64,000 nucleotides of DNA from a phage: the sequence record PV357172.2; one strand, 5' to 3'. Below are positions 1 through 10,366 of this stretch, one piece after another; the stretch's first letter is position 1; every line of letters begins with the position of its first letter. The position numbers and the translations under genes are program-made. The notes beneath the pieces are model-generated. The model was not told the origin of the DNA, searched no databases, and saw nothing but the letters and a program-made list of their open reading frames with translations.

Positions 1-627
1 TATTTCTAGGAAGTTAGTGAAAGTTGTAGCCACACAATGGTGAACTTCATCAACTATAACAGTACCGAATACTTTAGAAAGATTATTCGCATGTTTATTC
101 ACTGTTTGAATATTACTGACCACAATTGGTGGATCAATATTGTATTTCCCAGAACCTATGATACCCGGTTCAAACCCAAACCATTTACGAACTTCTGCCG
201 CCCACATTTCACGAATAGATGTGTTAGTACAAATTACTAAAGTTTTCTGGCCAAATTTATACGCAAGTGCAAGGGCTAGGATAGTTTTACCAAATCCAGG
301 TTTACCATTAATAATACAGGTATCATCGCATTCTTCGTATATTGGAAGCTGATCTTCTTCACGCAGTTTGAACTTAGGTTTTGGTATATCTACCGGAGCT
401 AGTGTGCGTTTATCAACTAATTCGTATTTTACTCCTTTAGCATCTAGTAAGTCTAGACGTGTAATAGGAATCCACTTAATCTCTTTGGCAACAACACCAC
501 TATTCTTATACATAATAGGGTATTTACTAGTCATTGTCTCAATGTGATAAGTAGTTTGCTTACTACAATAATCCCAAAGTTCATCATCGGGCTTGAAATA
601 GGCTTTATTAGATATAACAACCTTCAT
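1..627 (-). CDS. SF2 DNA helicase, N-terminal part (gene continues beyond window start)
   Basis: Minus-strand ATG at 627, open to position 1; translation has Walker A GKPGFGKT and DEVHH box; ATGA overlap with upstream ORF stop. Confidence 0.6.
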   Translation of the reverse strand, partial: MKVVISNKAYFKPDDELWDYCSKQTTYHIETMTSKYPIMYKNSGVVAKEIKWIPITRLDLLDAKGVKYELVDKRTLAPVDIPKPKFKLREEDQLPIYEECDDTCIINGKPGFGKTILALALAYKFGQKTLVICTNTSIREMWAAEVRKWFGFEPGIIGSGKYNIDPPIVVSNIQTVNKHANNLSKVFGTVIVDEVHHCVATTFTNFLEI

Positions 628-1121
628 AATTTTATTCTAAGTCTAGGAATTTCAGGCTCCTCTTGATGGACTTGATAAATAACAGGGCTATTATTTACCA
701 GAATATAGCTTATATAAGCTGGAACATAGGATAATACAAATGGATAAGGGACTTTAGCCACATAGCATTGGTATTTTCCGTTATAAATTCTAGCTGAATG
801 CAAAACTTTAGAGGTGACAACATCATAGAACGTAGTTTTCTTCCAGTTAATAAGATTTCCATCAGAATCTATAAATTGGCTACGCTTTGACCCAACTAAT
901 TGAGACAACATTGATATTCTGCCCCTAATAGGATAGAGCTTGTAGGGTAATTCCTTCCGTTTCTCAAATAGAATAAGCCTACGTTGAGAAAACGTGCCAG
1001 GCAACTTCCTGTTATCTAGCACATATTTATTATACCTTGTTGTAATTACGGAATAATCACCTTCTTGCTCAATTGATACAAACGCCCGTAAAGCATATAC
1101 GGGCAATTTGAAATCAAGCAC
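624..1121 (-). CDS. hypothetical protein (165 aa)
   Basis: ORF track; 8-nt overlap with polymerase gene end suggests translational coupling. Confidence 0.45.
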   Translation of the reverse strand: MLDFKLPVYALRAFVSIEQEGDYSVITTRYNKYVLDNRKLPGTFSQRRLILFEKRKELPYKLYPIRGRISMLSQLVGSKRSQFIDSDGNLINWKKTTFYDVVTSKVLHSARIYNGKYQCYVAKVPYPFVLSYVPAYISYILVNNSPVIYQVHQEEPEIPRLRIKL

Positions 1122-3681
1122 CGAGAATCCTTCTCACGTTATCCAAATCTTTACATACAGCAATAAACTTATCATCCTTGTATTTGCTATGATCTGGATG
1201 CTCTTTATCCATTGCAGCTAGTTTCTTATACTCGAATTCTGCATCAAGTAATACACCCTTGACATAACGAGTATATTCATCATCATCAATACAAGCGATT
1301 GATGGATGCTGCTTCTTCATCTTACCACAGGAGTAGTCACGAGAACCTCCAGCCTCAGAATCAGAATCAATACCAATCGGACAGCCAGGAATACTGATAC
1401 CACGGTCTTTCTGAATATTACGAATCAGGATTTCATTGTATTGGTCGATCAAATCCTCACGAACAATAGCAACTACGGAGTCATGAACCAGCATAACAAT
1501 CTTCATCTCGTGTTCTAAGCCAAGAGAAATGATCTCATTATCTGCATCTACAGCACCTAAAAGGAGACTATCAGAAGAAGCAGACTGAATGATTGCGTTA
1601 AATCCAGAACGAATTTCTTCACCCTGAACGCCACGGTCTTCGGAGTGGATATTATGCAGACGACGTTTACGACCAAAGTGACTATAGATAAATCCATGAT
1701 TCTTGATCTGATCGTGGCACTTATCAATCCAACGCTTAAGCTGTGGGAATTGACCAAAGTAAGTCTCAATGTACTCTTTAGCATCTGCAACAGTACATTC
1801 AACAAACGGTTCCCCCGTTTTGGCTGCTTGTTCGAGCAATGCTTCGTTAACAGAATGTGCTACTTTAGCCGGGCCAGAACCGTACAAAATACCAAAGGTA
1901 ATTGCCTTAGCTGCCTGACGCAGAGCTGGGAACAGCTTCTTAACATCACGAGGTTCACATTGCAATTTAAATACCATGTGGGCGATGTTAGAGTGGAAGT
2001 CAGGGTATTTATCAGGTTCATTTCTCATGTTGATAAATACTTGTTGCATATTTCTATCACCAGATAGAACAGCAGCATAATAAACTTCCGCAGTTGTTAA
2101 GTCCCATGCGATTACACGGTATCCAGGTGGTGCAACTACACAACCCTTAATGATAGATTCATCACGAGGTAACTGTTGCAGGTTCAGTTTACCAGAAGAA
2201 CTCAGACGACCAGAAGTAGTCATATGCTCATGGAAGCCAGTACGAATGCAACCATCAGCATCAATGCTCAGAAGAATCTTCTCAACGTAAGTAGAGATCA
2301 GCTTAGTCAGCTTACGAATCTCTAGTAGGGTCTTAGCAATTGGATGCTGCGTAGACAATTCGTTCAGAGCTTCTGCATCTGTAGAGTCCGCTCCAGTATC
2401 TGTCAATTTACCTGTTGGAGTTAACCCAACATAATCAAACAGAAGAACACGTAGCTGCTTAACAGAGTTTGGGTTAAACGCTTCGTTCTGGTCTTTCTCT
2501 AGCTGAACGACTTCTGGATAAGTATACAGTTTCTCACGAGCTTTATTCAGATTATGGGTTAACTGGTACTGAGCTTCTTTTAAACGATCAATAGAAATAG
2601 GTACACCACGATCCTCAACACGTTGCAGGAACACGCAACCAGGCATTAGAACATCATAATACAGACTGCAAAGTTTTTCATTCTTCTCAATTTTTGGTAA
2701 GAAGAAGTTGTGCAAACGTATGGTGGCATCGGTATCTTTTGCAGCGTAAGGCCACATAATATCAAACGGAATTAAATCATAGGTGAAATCTTCTTTCTTG
2801 ATTTTATGTGCTTTGCAATAATCCTCCTTGAACTTATCTAGTTCAAAATCATAGTCACCCATATCGGTATACTTCATTGCTAGAGATTTCAAGCCATGAG
2901 TACCACGACGCTCATCTAGAACATAATGCTGCAACATTGTATCATGGAGCCTGCGTTCTTTATGTGCTTTATCAAAAGTAAGTCCCAGATGGTACTTATA
3001 AAAGTGCATATCAAACTTCAGGTTGTGAAAAACAATAGTGTGGTTTTCACTATCCAGAATTTTCTGGAGATAATATACTGCAACCTCTGTGAGACAATCA
3101 GAATCGATATATACACCCTGATATTCTTGGTGAGACATAGAAACACCAAGCAGATAACCATCTCGACAGTATAGTGCTGAGGTTTCGGAGTCAAATGCTA
3201 CAGGTCCGATAACCATATTATACACCATCTTGATATATTCTTCCGCCTCGTCAGGGTCAGTAATAGGACGGTAATCACCAGCTTTTGCAATCTTCTCACG
3301 ACCATTGATAATATCGTGGATATTCTCTACTGTTGCATCGAAAACTGGTTTCATTTCAGGTTTAAAGTGTAACTGGGCTGGGCTGATGCTCGCAATCCAG
3401 TTAGCATATCCATTATGCTCTACACGTTTACCAGTATAGTCACCAATGCCTTTCTTACCAGCAAAGTACAGGAAAGGTTCGGCACCTACCAGTATAACAA
3501 AATCATAATCATTCGGATCAAATGGGTTTTCCGGAGTCCCGATAGTAATATGCTTTTTGAGCAAACGACCGGATAACTTCTCATTACACATATGGAATAC
3601 ATCAACTTCCTCGCCGTATAGCTGGAAATGTTTATCGTAACGAGTGTTATTTAGAGCTTTATCAACTACTGCGATTTTCAA
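1114..3681 (-). CDS. DNA polymerase, family A (PolI-like)
   Basis: 855-aa ORF; motif B-like RQAAKAITFGILYG and motif C-like LVHDS; apparent TTG start 8 nt after GAGGAG. Confidence 0.8.
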   Translation of the reverse strand: MKIAVVDKALNNTRYDKHFQLYGEEVDVFHMCNEKLSGRLLKKHITIGTPENPFDPNDYDFVILVGAEPFLYFAGKKGIGDYTGKRVEHNGYANWIASISPAQLHFKPEMKPVFDATVENIHDIINGREKIAKAGDYRPITDPDEAEEYIKMVYNMVIGPVAFDSETSALYCRDGYLLGVSMSHQEYQGVYIDSDCLTEVAVYYLQKILDSENHTIVFHNLKFDMHFYKYHLGLTFDKAHKERRLHDTMLQHYVLDERRGTHGLKSLAMKYTDMGDYDFELDKFKEDYCKAHKIKKEDFTYDLIPFDIMWPYAAKDTDATIRLHNFFLPKIEKNEKLCSLYYDVLMPGCVFLQRVEDRGVPISIDRLKEAQYQLTHNLNKAREKLYTYPEVVQLEKDQNEAFNPNSVKQLRVLLFDYVGLTPTGKLTDTGADSTDAEALNELSTQHPIAKTLLEIRKLTKLISTYVEKILLSIDADGCIRTGFHEHMTTSGRLSSSGKLNLQQLPRDESIIKGCVVAPPGYRVIAWDLTTAEVYYAAVLSGDRNMQQVFINMRNEPDKYPDFHSNIAHMVFKLQCEPRDVKKLFPALRQAAKAITFGILYGSGPAKVAHSVNEALLEQAAKTGEPFVECTVADAKEYIETYFGQFPQLKRWIDKCHDQIKNHGFIYSHFGRKRRLHNIHSEDRGVQGEEIRSGFNAIIQSASSDSLLLGAVDADNEIISLGLEHEMKIVMLVHDSVVAIVREDLIDQYNEILIRNIQKDRGISIPGCPIGIDSDSEAGGSRDYSCGKMKKQHPSIACIDDDEYTRYVKGVLLDAEFEYKKLAAMDKEHPDHSKYKDDKFIAVCKDLDNVRRILGA

Positions 3682-3743
3682 ATTTAATCTCCTCTTGGTA
3701 AGTAAGTATAACTTCAGTGTTTCTTCTCTAACTTACCAATATA

Positions 3744-4634
3744 TTATACCAAATCTTTAAGCGATTCAGCAACTAAAATTTCAATACGTTTTGCTAACAT
3801 ATCAATTTCATCTTTGTTTAAATCACCCGGATCTTTGCCTTCGGGCAGAAGAAAGTTAGCAACTACAGGTGTTAAACGCGTTTTTGTACGAATTAACTTG
3901 GCCAATGCTTGTGCAGCTTTATTACCAGAAGCATCATTATCTAGTAAGATAACAACAACTTTTACACCGGCAATAATATAAGGACTGAACTTATCTGCAA
4001 TGTTATCCGAAGTAAACTGATGTGTACCAAAGCAGCAAGAAGCATAGTCTATACCATTATCCTCTAGGTTCAGCATATCAAAGATACCTTCAACTAGAAT
4101 AAGAACTGGAGTATTATATCGTACAGGGAAAATCGGTGGTGAAACTTGTTTTGGTTTTACTAAGTATTTAGGAGGGGCAGAACTGTTTATAGAACGACCC
4201 AAAAATAGGATATTGCGTCCAACAGCATCTGTGATTGGGAATACAATTCTGCCTTCCCAGTCTGCTTGATGTTGGAAAGCAAAATATTTCTTCAAGGTCT
4301 TAGAACTTATACCTCGGAAATCACCTTCGAAAAGGCAAGCAGATTCAGGAATTGCAAGATTCGTTGATCCATTCCTAATCTCTGAAATCTTTTTACGTAC
4401 TTGCGATAGTCTTGGGGACTGTCGGTACTGAGTCTCATTAAAATAATGGTAAATGCTCGGTATACCTTTACCGAAGCCACAACTCAAGCAGTGCATAATA
4501 CCTGTTTCAGGATCAATACGCAAACTTGGGTGTTTATCGTCATGATCTGGATTGAGACAACAGATGAGGATGTCCCCACCTGTGTCTTTATATTCAATGC
4601 CTTTCAGATCAAGTAGTTCTGTTATTCTACTCAT
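3744..4634 (-). CDS. DNA primase (zinc-binding domain plus TOPRIM)
   Basis: N-terminal Cys/His cluster (CCLNPDHDDKHPS...HCLSCG); TOPRIM-like LVEGIFDMLNLEDNG. Confidence 0.65.
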   Translation of the reverse strand: MSRITELLDLKGIEYKDTGGDILICCLNPDHDDKHPSLRIDPETGIMHCLSCGFGKGIPSIYHYFNETQYRQSPRLSQVRKKISEIRNGSTNLAIPESACLFEGDFRGISSKTLKKYFAFQHQADWEGRIVFPITDAVGRNILFLGRSINSSAPPKYLVKPKQVSPPIFPVRYNTPVLILVEGIFDMLNLEDNGIDYASCCFGTHQFTSDNIADKFSPYIIAGVKVVVILLDNDASGNKAAQALAKLIRTKTRLTPVVANFLLPEGKDPGDLNKDEIDMLAKRIEILVAESLKDLV

Positions 4635-6103
4635 ATATCGCTGGCCTGTTCACCTGTTGAATTTTCAGCTTTGTCTTTCTTAGCACGTTTAGGTTGAGCC
4701 GGCTTATCCTTCTCAATAGGGATAACGAACTCAGCTTCCATTTGAGATATATCTTCCATTGCTAGGTTGGTAGTGTTATCCATCTGCAGGGTTTCCCAGT
4801 TCATCTTAGGCATAAACTTCACGCTATCAGAAGAACGGGTCTTAACGAAGTCAAACATAATAGCACCTTGACCATTATCAGCTTTTGCAGCATTAAGATT
4901 AGCAGCCATGTCTGCGGAATCAAGAATCCCCTTTGACATACGTGTTCTACCATCTTGATCGATCTGGTAAGGAGCTACTCCAGCCACGTTATGTTTCTGG
5001 CAGATGGATTTGAAAGATGAACTAACAACCATCTGTTCTTTCCAGTCATACATATCAATGGTCTTTGAATCTGGAAGTCTTGTTTGGTTAATATAGTCTA
5101 GAAGAGCTACAGTAACCTTATCACCATATTTAGCAACTAGTTTATTTAATTCTACGTCAACCGTCGTAATAGACAGTTCAGGATCGTAAACGATGATCAT
5201 AGGAGTGTGAAGCTCATAGCCTTCAAGGAGTTTACTTTCCATATCATAGAAGTCACTCATTTTAGCCATAGTGTATTGCTTAACGAAGTTATCGAAAAGC
5301 TCTTCACCACCATTAAACATTCTAGCCCTAGTTCTGGCTAATCTCAACAGAGCAGCACCTTCAAGAGTGTTATTACGCATTGCTAATGCAGATACTCCAG
5401 CTAACATAGCCAGATTACGTCTAAACACTTCGTGCTCTTTCATCTCAATTGAGAAATATGGAGCAATGTCTCCATTCAAATATTGCTGAACCTGTATGTT
5501 TGAACAGATAATGGATTTACCAGTACCACGCCAACCACCAAGCAGTAACGTTTCTGTGCGAGCTAAACCAATTTGAGCGTCGAACTCATTACAAATACCA
5601 AGAGCGATTAAGTTCAGTTTGGTATCTTCTTCTCTCTGGAAAATACGCATTGTGTCTGCGTTGAATACCTTTCCAGTATTCGTTACTTTCTCTTCTAATT
5701 TTAAGTGAAGGGAGGCAACTCGGTTGAGAATTTCTCCCTGATCCAGCATTGTTAAATCTTGAAGCACGTCTGTTTCTAGAAGCTTCAGGAATAAATCCTG
5801 TGTATATTCGGCCTCTAGGACTTCAAGTGCCTGTTCCATGCTAACTTCTGGAATTTGAGTGTTAGCTAAAACGACTAGAGCTTGAGAAAGGCGGGCGTTC
5901 CTATTAGCCTCAAGCATCAGTGCGTCAATGGATGGCATTGTGTTATATTTTTTATAATAATTCTGGACGGCTTGGTAAATTGAGGAGAAAGCGTCATTAA
6001 AATGATCTTTATGCAGTTTTGAGAATGTTTCCAATGCTATTTGCTTCTGTTCGGAAGCTAGAAGCATCTTCAACACTACAGCTTGCACGTTAAACAAGGT
6101 CAT
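4631..6103 (-). CDS. replicative helicase-like P-loop ATPase (DnaB/RecA fold)
   Basis: Walker A GGWRGTGKS; start moved to ATG at 6103 preceded by AAAGGAGA. Confidence 0.55.
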   Translation of the reverse strand: MTLFNVQAVVLKMLLASEQKQIALETFSKLHKDHFNDAFSSIYQAVQNYYKKYNTMPSIDALMLEANRNARLSQALVVLANTQIPEVSMEQALEVLEAEYTQDLFLKLLETDVLQDLTMLDQGEILNRVASLHLKLEEKVTNTGKVFNADTMRIFQREEDTKLNLIALGICNEFDAQIGLARTETLLLGGWRGTGKSIICSNIQVQQYLNGDIAPYFSIEMKEHEVFRRNLAMLAGVSALAMRNNTLEGAALLRLARTRARMFNGGEELFDNFVKQYTMAKMSDFYDMESKLLEGYELHTPMIIVYDPELSITTVDVELNKLVAKYGDKVTVALLDYINQTRLPDSKTIDMYDWKEQMVVSSSFKSICQKHNVAGVAPYQIDQDGRTRMSKGILDSADMAANLNAAKADNGQGAIMFDFVKTRSSDSVKFMPKMNWETLQMDNTTNLAMEDISQMEAEFVIPIEKDKPAQPKRAKKDKAENSTGEQASDI

Positions 6104-6134
6104 TCTCCTTTGCACGCTTTCGTGCCTTCTAAAT

Positions 6135-6168
6135 GCAAAAAGGGGAAGGAGCATAGCCCCCTCCCCTT
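6135..6168 (-). terminator. rho-independent terminator (minus strand)
   Basis: GC-rich hairpin GGGGAGGGGG...CCTTCCCC followed by TTTTTGCATTT on minus strand, just downstream of gene ending at 6186. Confidence 0.55.
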
Positions 6169-6185
6169 AGGTTTAATTTACCAGA

Positions 6186-6953
6186 TTATTCAGCAGCCGC
6201 AGCTTTTGCATCCAGTTTAGCACGCTTAGCGGCACCATCATAGTCCTTAGCAACCAGACCACGACGAGACAGCATAGATTTAACACCGCGCTCAGATTTA
6301 CCAGTTTTCTCAGCGATCTCAGCAACAGTCATGTTAACCAGATCCAGACCTTCTAACAGATCTTCACGAGTTTTAGCACTCGAGGTTTCCTGTACCGGCA
6401 TAGCGGCGATACGACCTTCACGAAGCAGACTCAGAGCTTTACCACGGATCTGCTTGATATTACGACCGAAGTGAGCAGCGATAGCTTCAATAGTAGCACC
6501 AGCAACAACCTGATTAACAAAATCAGTTTCTTCATCCGGAGTGAAGGAACGAACAGCAGCAGCTTTTTCAGTTGGTTTAACAGAAGCGGTCATTTCCAGA
6601 CTCAGGATCTTACCCTGTACCTGCTTAGCACCGAACTGACCACCAGCTACAGCAGCAGCGATTTCAGCATAGGTATACTGACCAGCATGAGCGTTCAGGA
6701 AATCAACCAGTTCAGCTTCCTGCTCAGGAGTCCACGGAGATTTCTGCACTTCGTTAGCTTTCTGTACTTCAAAACCTTCTTTACGCAGTTTAGAGCCAAC
6801 AGAGCGGGCAGTAACATCTTTGCCAGTTTCAGCAGCCAGTTCAGCAGCAATAGCAGCTACTTGTTCTTGAGAGATTACAGCAACACCCAGAGCAGTGGCT
6901 TTTGCTTTCAGAGACTCGGTTACACCTTCTACGTTCCAGTTCAGTTTAGACAT
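6186..6953 (-). CDS. DNA-binding protein with three HTH-like repeats
   Basis: Three internal repeats (TYAEIAAAVAGG, TIEAIAAHFGRN, TVAEIAEKTGKS); GC-rich, strongly E. coli-like codon bias suggesting high expression. Confidence 0.5.
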   Translation of the reverse strand: MSKLNWNVEGVTESLKAKATALGVAVISQEQVAAIAAELAAETGKDVTARSVGSKLRKEGFEVQKANEVQKSPWTPEQEAELVDFLNAHAGQYTYAEIAAAVAGGQFGAKQVQGKILSLEMTASVKPTEKAAAVRSFTPDEETDFVNQVVAGATIEAIAAHFGRNIKQIRGKALSLLREGRIAAMPVQETSSAKTREDLLEGLDLVNMTVAEIAEKTGKSERGVKSMLSRRGLVAKDYDGAAKRAKLDAKAAAAE

Positions 6954-7728
6954 TATTATTTTTCTCCAATAGTTCTTTAATCGACAGGATTTCTATCCCA
7001 TTCGTTTCGGCTTTCTTATAAGATGAGGAAGAACGTTTTGATTCATCCTCACAGATCAGGTATTTGACGTCTTTGGTAACGGATTTCTTAACCGTATATC
7101 CTAGACCTTCTAAATAGTTTGTTGCATCCGTTCTATTTGCAAAATCTTGCAAAGATCCGGTAATACATACCGTTATTCCGTTTGGTTGGGCTACTAGACC
7201 ATCAGTGATGATGACCTCAGCTTTAGCACCTTTAATACCAGTTGTGAATTTCCACGGTAATTCGATAACATCCTTGCCTTGTGGGGAATTTAGCCAGGCT
7301 TTATAATTTTCTCCAGCCTTGCCGTCAGCCTTCACATCATGGAAGCTAGTGCAATTTTGGGATAATTTCTTTGCTGCAACCTCTCCGATTAGAGGGATTC
7401 CTAAAGAACCGAGAACTGAACCAAAGTCAATGTCTCCGCGAACTTTAGTATTTAATTCGCTAATTAACTTAGCGGCAACCTTGCTACCCACGGCTCTAAC
7501 CAAATCTTCTTCGGTTAGGTAAAATAGTTCTGAAATCTTCGTCAGCTCCAGCTTCTCAATAGTTTTTGGACCAAAGCCCTTTAACTTCATTTTTGAACAG
7601 AAGTTCTCAATTAACTTACTTGATTGCGCTGGACAGTTGGACTTATTCCGACAAAATAATTGTCCGTTGACAAGATCTAGCTTAGAACCACAAGAGGGAC
7701 ATTGTGTTGGAATTTCGATTTTCATCAA
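6946..7728 (-). CDS. NAD-dependent DNA ligase, C-terminal subunit (Zn finger, HhH, BRCT)
   Basis: N-terminal CPSCGSKL...CRNKSNC zinc finger, HhH-like GFGPKTIEKL, BRCT-like C-terminus. Confidence 0.75.
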   Translation of the reverse strand: MMKIEIPTQCPSCGSKLDLVNGQLFCRNKSNCPAQSSKLIENFCSKMKLKGFGPKTIEKLELTKISELFYLTEEDLVRAVGSKVAAKLISELNTKVRGDIDFGSVLGSLGIPLIGEVAAKKLSQNCTSFHDVKADGKAGENYKAWLNSPQGKDVIELPWKFTTGIKGAKAEVIITDGLVAQPNGITVCITGSLQDFANRTDATNYLEGLGYTVKKSVTKDVKYLICEDESKRSSSSYKKAETNGIEILSIKELLEKNNNV

Positions 7729-7929
7729 ATTTCTTCCTTATCAATTTATATAAATATTATAGCAAGTATTTAAGCATTTAGCAACTACAATTTTAACTAA
7801 CTTTGCTTACCCTCGCCATAACTTTCTATCCCTCAACTGAATGATAATAGTATATACCTAAGCGGCGAAAATGTCAATAACCACTTTATAATTCCGATAT
7901 GGTAGATGGGTAGCAAAGGGTTACATATA

Positions 7930-8904
7930 TTAATCGTATACTCGCTCTACTATGCACGGGATTACACCACCAGCACGAATCACTCGAATCTGGCAACCGA
8001 TCTCTAGATCAAGAGAGTTAATATAATCAACGTTATTAAGAGTCGCTTTAACAATTGTAGCGTCATCAATAATTACCGGTTCGAAATATCCAACAGGAGT
8101 TACTTTACCAGAAGCCCCTACCTGCCACTCAACTTTGAGAAGAGTTGTAATTTCGCCTTCTTCATCTTGTTTAATTGCATAAGCACCGCGAGGATGTTTA
8201 TTCGTCCAACCTTCACGGAAGAATTTATTGTTGTCATTAATACGAACAACTTTACCATCCGTTGGATACCAGTTGAAGTAGTTTTTAATGTTCATTACAG
8301 TGATGAAATCTTCGTTAGCCAACCAAGACATATCATCTAAATAAGAACCTGTAATACCTACAGAATCTTCTGAACACTGAATACCATAAGCTACAAAGAT
8401 TAATCCACCTTCCGCAATACGTTCGATGAAATCATCTTCTTCTTTTAAGTTAATAGCACCTGAAGCGTAGTTACGTTTGTTTTCTACTTCTTTAGTGATA
8501 AGAACTTCACCCGTGATTTGAGTTGGTACTTTTTGGGAAATCTTTTTCGGGATGTTCAGCAATCTAACGTTGCTTGTGACATCATTCCCTAGAATACCAT
8601 TACCACGAGTTAACGCTTGAACAAACGTTCCGTCGATGTACAACAGAGAAATTGCGCAACCGTCTAGCTTATCAGTTTCTACGTCTTCAAGAGTAGTGAA
8701 GGGGGCTTTATCACCACGATCGAAGTAAACTTTTTGTAAAGAATACATACGATACAGATGTGGGATATCACCTTTCGGGCCGATAGCATCTTCCGCCGTT
8801 GGGAAACGTTTTAACAGACGGTCATATTCTTCATCAGATATTAAAGACATACCCTGATAATATGCTTCTTGACAGCGTTTAATAAAGTCTTTTACATTAG
8901 TCAT
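7930..8904 (-). CDS. NAD-dependent DNA ligase, N-terminal adenylation/OB subunit
   Basis: KxDG adenylation motif TDKLDGCAISLLY; 324-aa ORF directly upstream of the Zn-finger/BRCT subunit. Confidence 0.75.
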   Translation of the reverse strand: MTNVKDFIKRCQEAYYQGMSLISDEEYDRLLKRFPTAEDAIGPKGDIPHLYRMYSLQKVYFDRGDKAPFTTLEDVETDKLDGCAISLLYIDGTFVQALTRGNGILGNDVTSNVRLLNIPKKISQKVPTQITGEVLITKEVENKRNYASGAINLKEEDDFIERIAEGGLIFVAYGIQCSEDSVGITGSYLDDMSWLANEDFITVMNIKNYFNWYPTDGKVVRINDNNKFFREGWTNKHPRGAYAIKQDEEGEITTLLKVEWQVGASGKVTPVGYFEPVIIDDATIVKATLNNVDYINSLDLEIGCQIRVIRAGGVIPCIVERVYD

Positions 8905-9177
8905 TTATTCTGCCTCATAGTACGTGGGCTGTCTAGTGGACCCGTGCCATGTATAATTTTTGCAAAGATGCAAATATGTAGTTTTTACTAGCCTATCTGA
9001 CAACGGAGAGTATATTTCAGCTGTTAATACTTCTTTTTCGTAATGAAGTGAAATCAGCTTATACCCACTTCTAGTTTTAGTATACTTTTCTCCATTAATC
9101 TTCTCCTCCCACATAAGTATAAGAGGCTGTCCGATACATGGGAAAGGTTTAAGTGTACTTATATTTATCTTTTTCAC
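8905..9177 (-). CDS. hypothetical protein (90 aa)
   Basis: ORF track; abuts ligase subunit start; promoter-like module upstream on minus strand. Confidence 0.45.
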   Translation of the reverse strand: MKKINISTLKPFPCIGQPLILMWEEKINGEKYTKTRSGYKLISLHYEKEVLTAEIYSPLSDRLVKTTYLHLCKNYTWHGSTRQPTYYEAE

Positions 9178-9263
9178 TTTGCAACCCTCTCATTAATTTA
9201 TATAAATATTATATAACAAAACTGAGTTGAAAGCAAATACATTTATAAAGAAAAAGCCAAGAA

Positions 9264-9572
9264 CTAGGCATTCTTGGCTTTGAGTTCTTCAGCTCGTTTC
9301 TGTACTTCATGTAAAACCTCAGATTCGCTAAGAATCTGTGTAAACGCATAGAAAAGCTGTGATGTTGTTTCTAGAGTGTAAGGAAAAGAGAAGCCAGATT
9401 TCGTTGGAAACCATTCATCATTAATATCAAGAAGCCAGTAACGAATACCCATGTATAGATTCCCACGAAATTCAGATACTGTTAATCTTACTTGTTCTCC
9501 CTCCTTCTCCCAAAGTATGATGGACTGGTCATCAACGTGTCCTTCATAGTTTTGATTTACCTGTTCGCTCAT
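9264..9572 (-). CDS. hypothetical protein (102 aa)
   Basis: ORF track; compact operon context. Confidence 0.45.
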   Translation of the reverse strand: MSEQVNQNYEGHVDDQSIILWEKEGEQVRLTVSEFRGNLYMGIRYWLLDINDEWFPTKSGFSFPYTLETTSQLFYAFTQILSESEVLHEVQKRAEELKAKNA

Positions 9573-9622
9573 TTACATATCCCAAATACACAAAAAGCCC
9601 CATATAGGGGCTAATTGGTTTC

Positions 9623-9919
9623 TTATCGGCCTACTGGAGAAGCACGATCTAACTCTGATTGGAGGCTAGTCACACGACGGACTTTCTCGACAGGAATAAA
9701 ACGGAAGCTATCATTAGTGCGAGAGAAGACAAGGATTTCATCATCTTTCGCTTTACGAATACGTTCACGTTTAATACGCTCAGCTAGATATTTATCTTGG
9801 GCTGGGTCAAATTCCATCGTACCCTGAAGGTACGTGGTTCCTTTCTGACGAAGTTTCTCGTAATGAAGATAAAACTCACCAAATTTTTCACATTGTGCGA
9901 TAATTTCAGCTTTGGTCAT
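9623..9919 (-). CDS. hypothetical protein (98 aa)
   Basis: ORF track; antisense ORF 9615-9827 judged spurious. Confidence 0.45.
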   Translation of the reverse strand: MTKAEIIAQCEKFGEFYLHYEKLRQKGTTYLQGTMEFDPAQDKYLAERIKRERIRKAKDDEILVFSRTNDSFRFIPVEKVRRVTSLQSELDRASPVGR

Positions 9920-9955
9920 AACTGTGTTCCTTTTGTTGGTGGATTTATCTAAAAA

Positions 9956-10366
9956 TTACTTAGTGATAGCTCGGATTGCTTCTGCCAGATGAGCAGCCGC
10001 TTTACCGGTCAGTTTGTCGATAATTGCATCATCCAGAAAATCTGGTGCTAAGCCAGCGTCAGAGAATGCTGCGCGAAGGTCGGCATGGGCTTGAGCTTTG
10101 GAGGTACGAGAACCACCGGAAGCTTTTTCTCCAGTAGATGCGCTAGATTTAGAAGTAGAACCAGCAGCTTTCTTGATATACAAACCTGCTTTAGTCAGCT
10201 TCATACGAAAACCGTTCGGAGTTACACCATTTTCCTGGGCAATTTCGCTAACAATTTCCATGCTAACACCCGGACGTTCATCCTCTGGGAATTGCTCCAT
10301 ACGAGCAACATATTCGGAAGACATTTTTTCAAACAGTTCATCAGTCCACTGAGTTGGAGTAGTCAT
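9956..10366 (-). CDS. hypothetical protein (136 aa)
   Basis: ORF track; Ser/Ala/Lys-rich low-complexity middle. Confidence 0.45.
   Translation of the reverse strand: MTTPTQWTDELFEKMSSEYVARMEQFPEDERPGVSMEIVSEIAQENGVTPNGFRMKLTKAGLYIKKAAGSTSKSSASTGEKASGGSRTSKAQAHADLRAAFSDAGLAPDFLDDAIIDKLTGKAAAHLAEAIRAITK

Noticed and set aside
1306-3174. Plus-strand ORFs inside the DNA polymerase gene (1306-1518, 1645-2067, 2926-3174) and the minus ORF 1557-1805
   Set aside because: They are internal or antisense to a long, motif-bearing polymerase ORF, and similar shadow ORFs occur in other large genes (12194-14725, 23646-25071).
7729-7929. Possible intron or intein interrupting the DNA ligase
   Set aside because: The two halves are separate ORFs with their own start, the spacer is only 200 bp, AT-rich and promoter-like, and no intron-like structure or intein motifs were seen; a split gene is the simpler reading.
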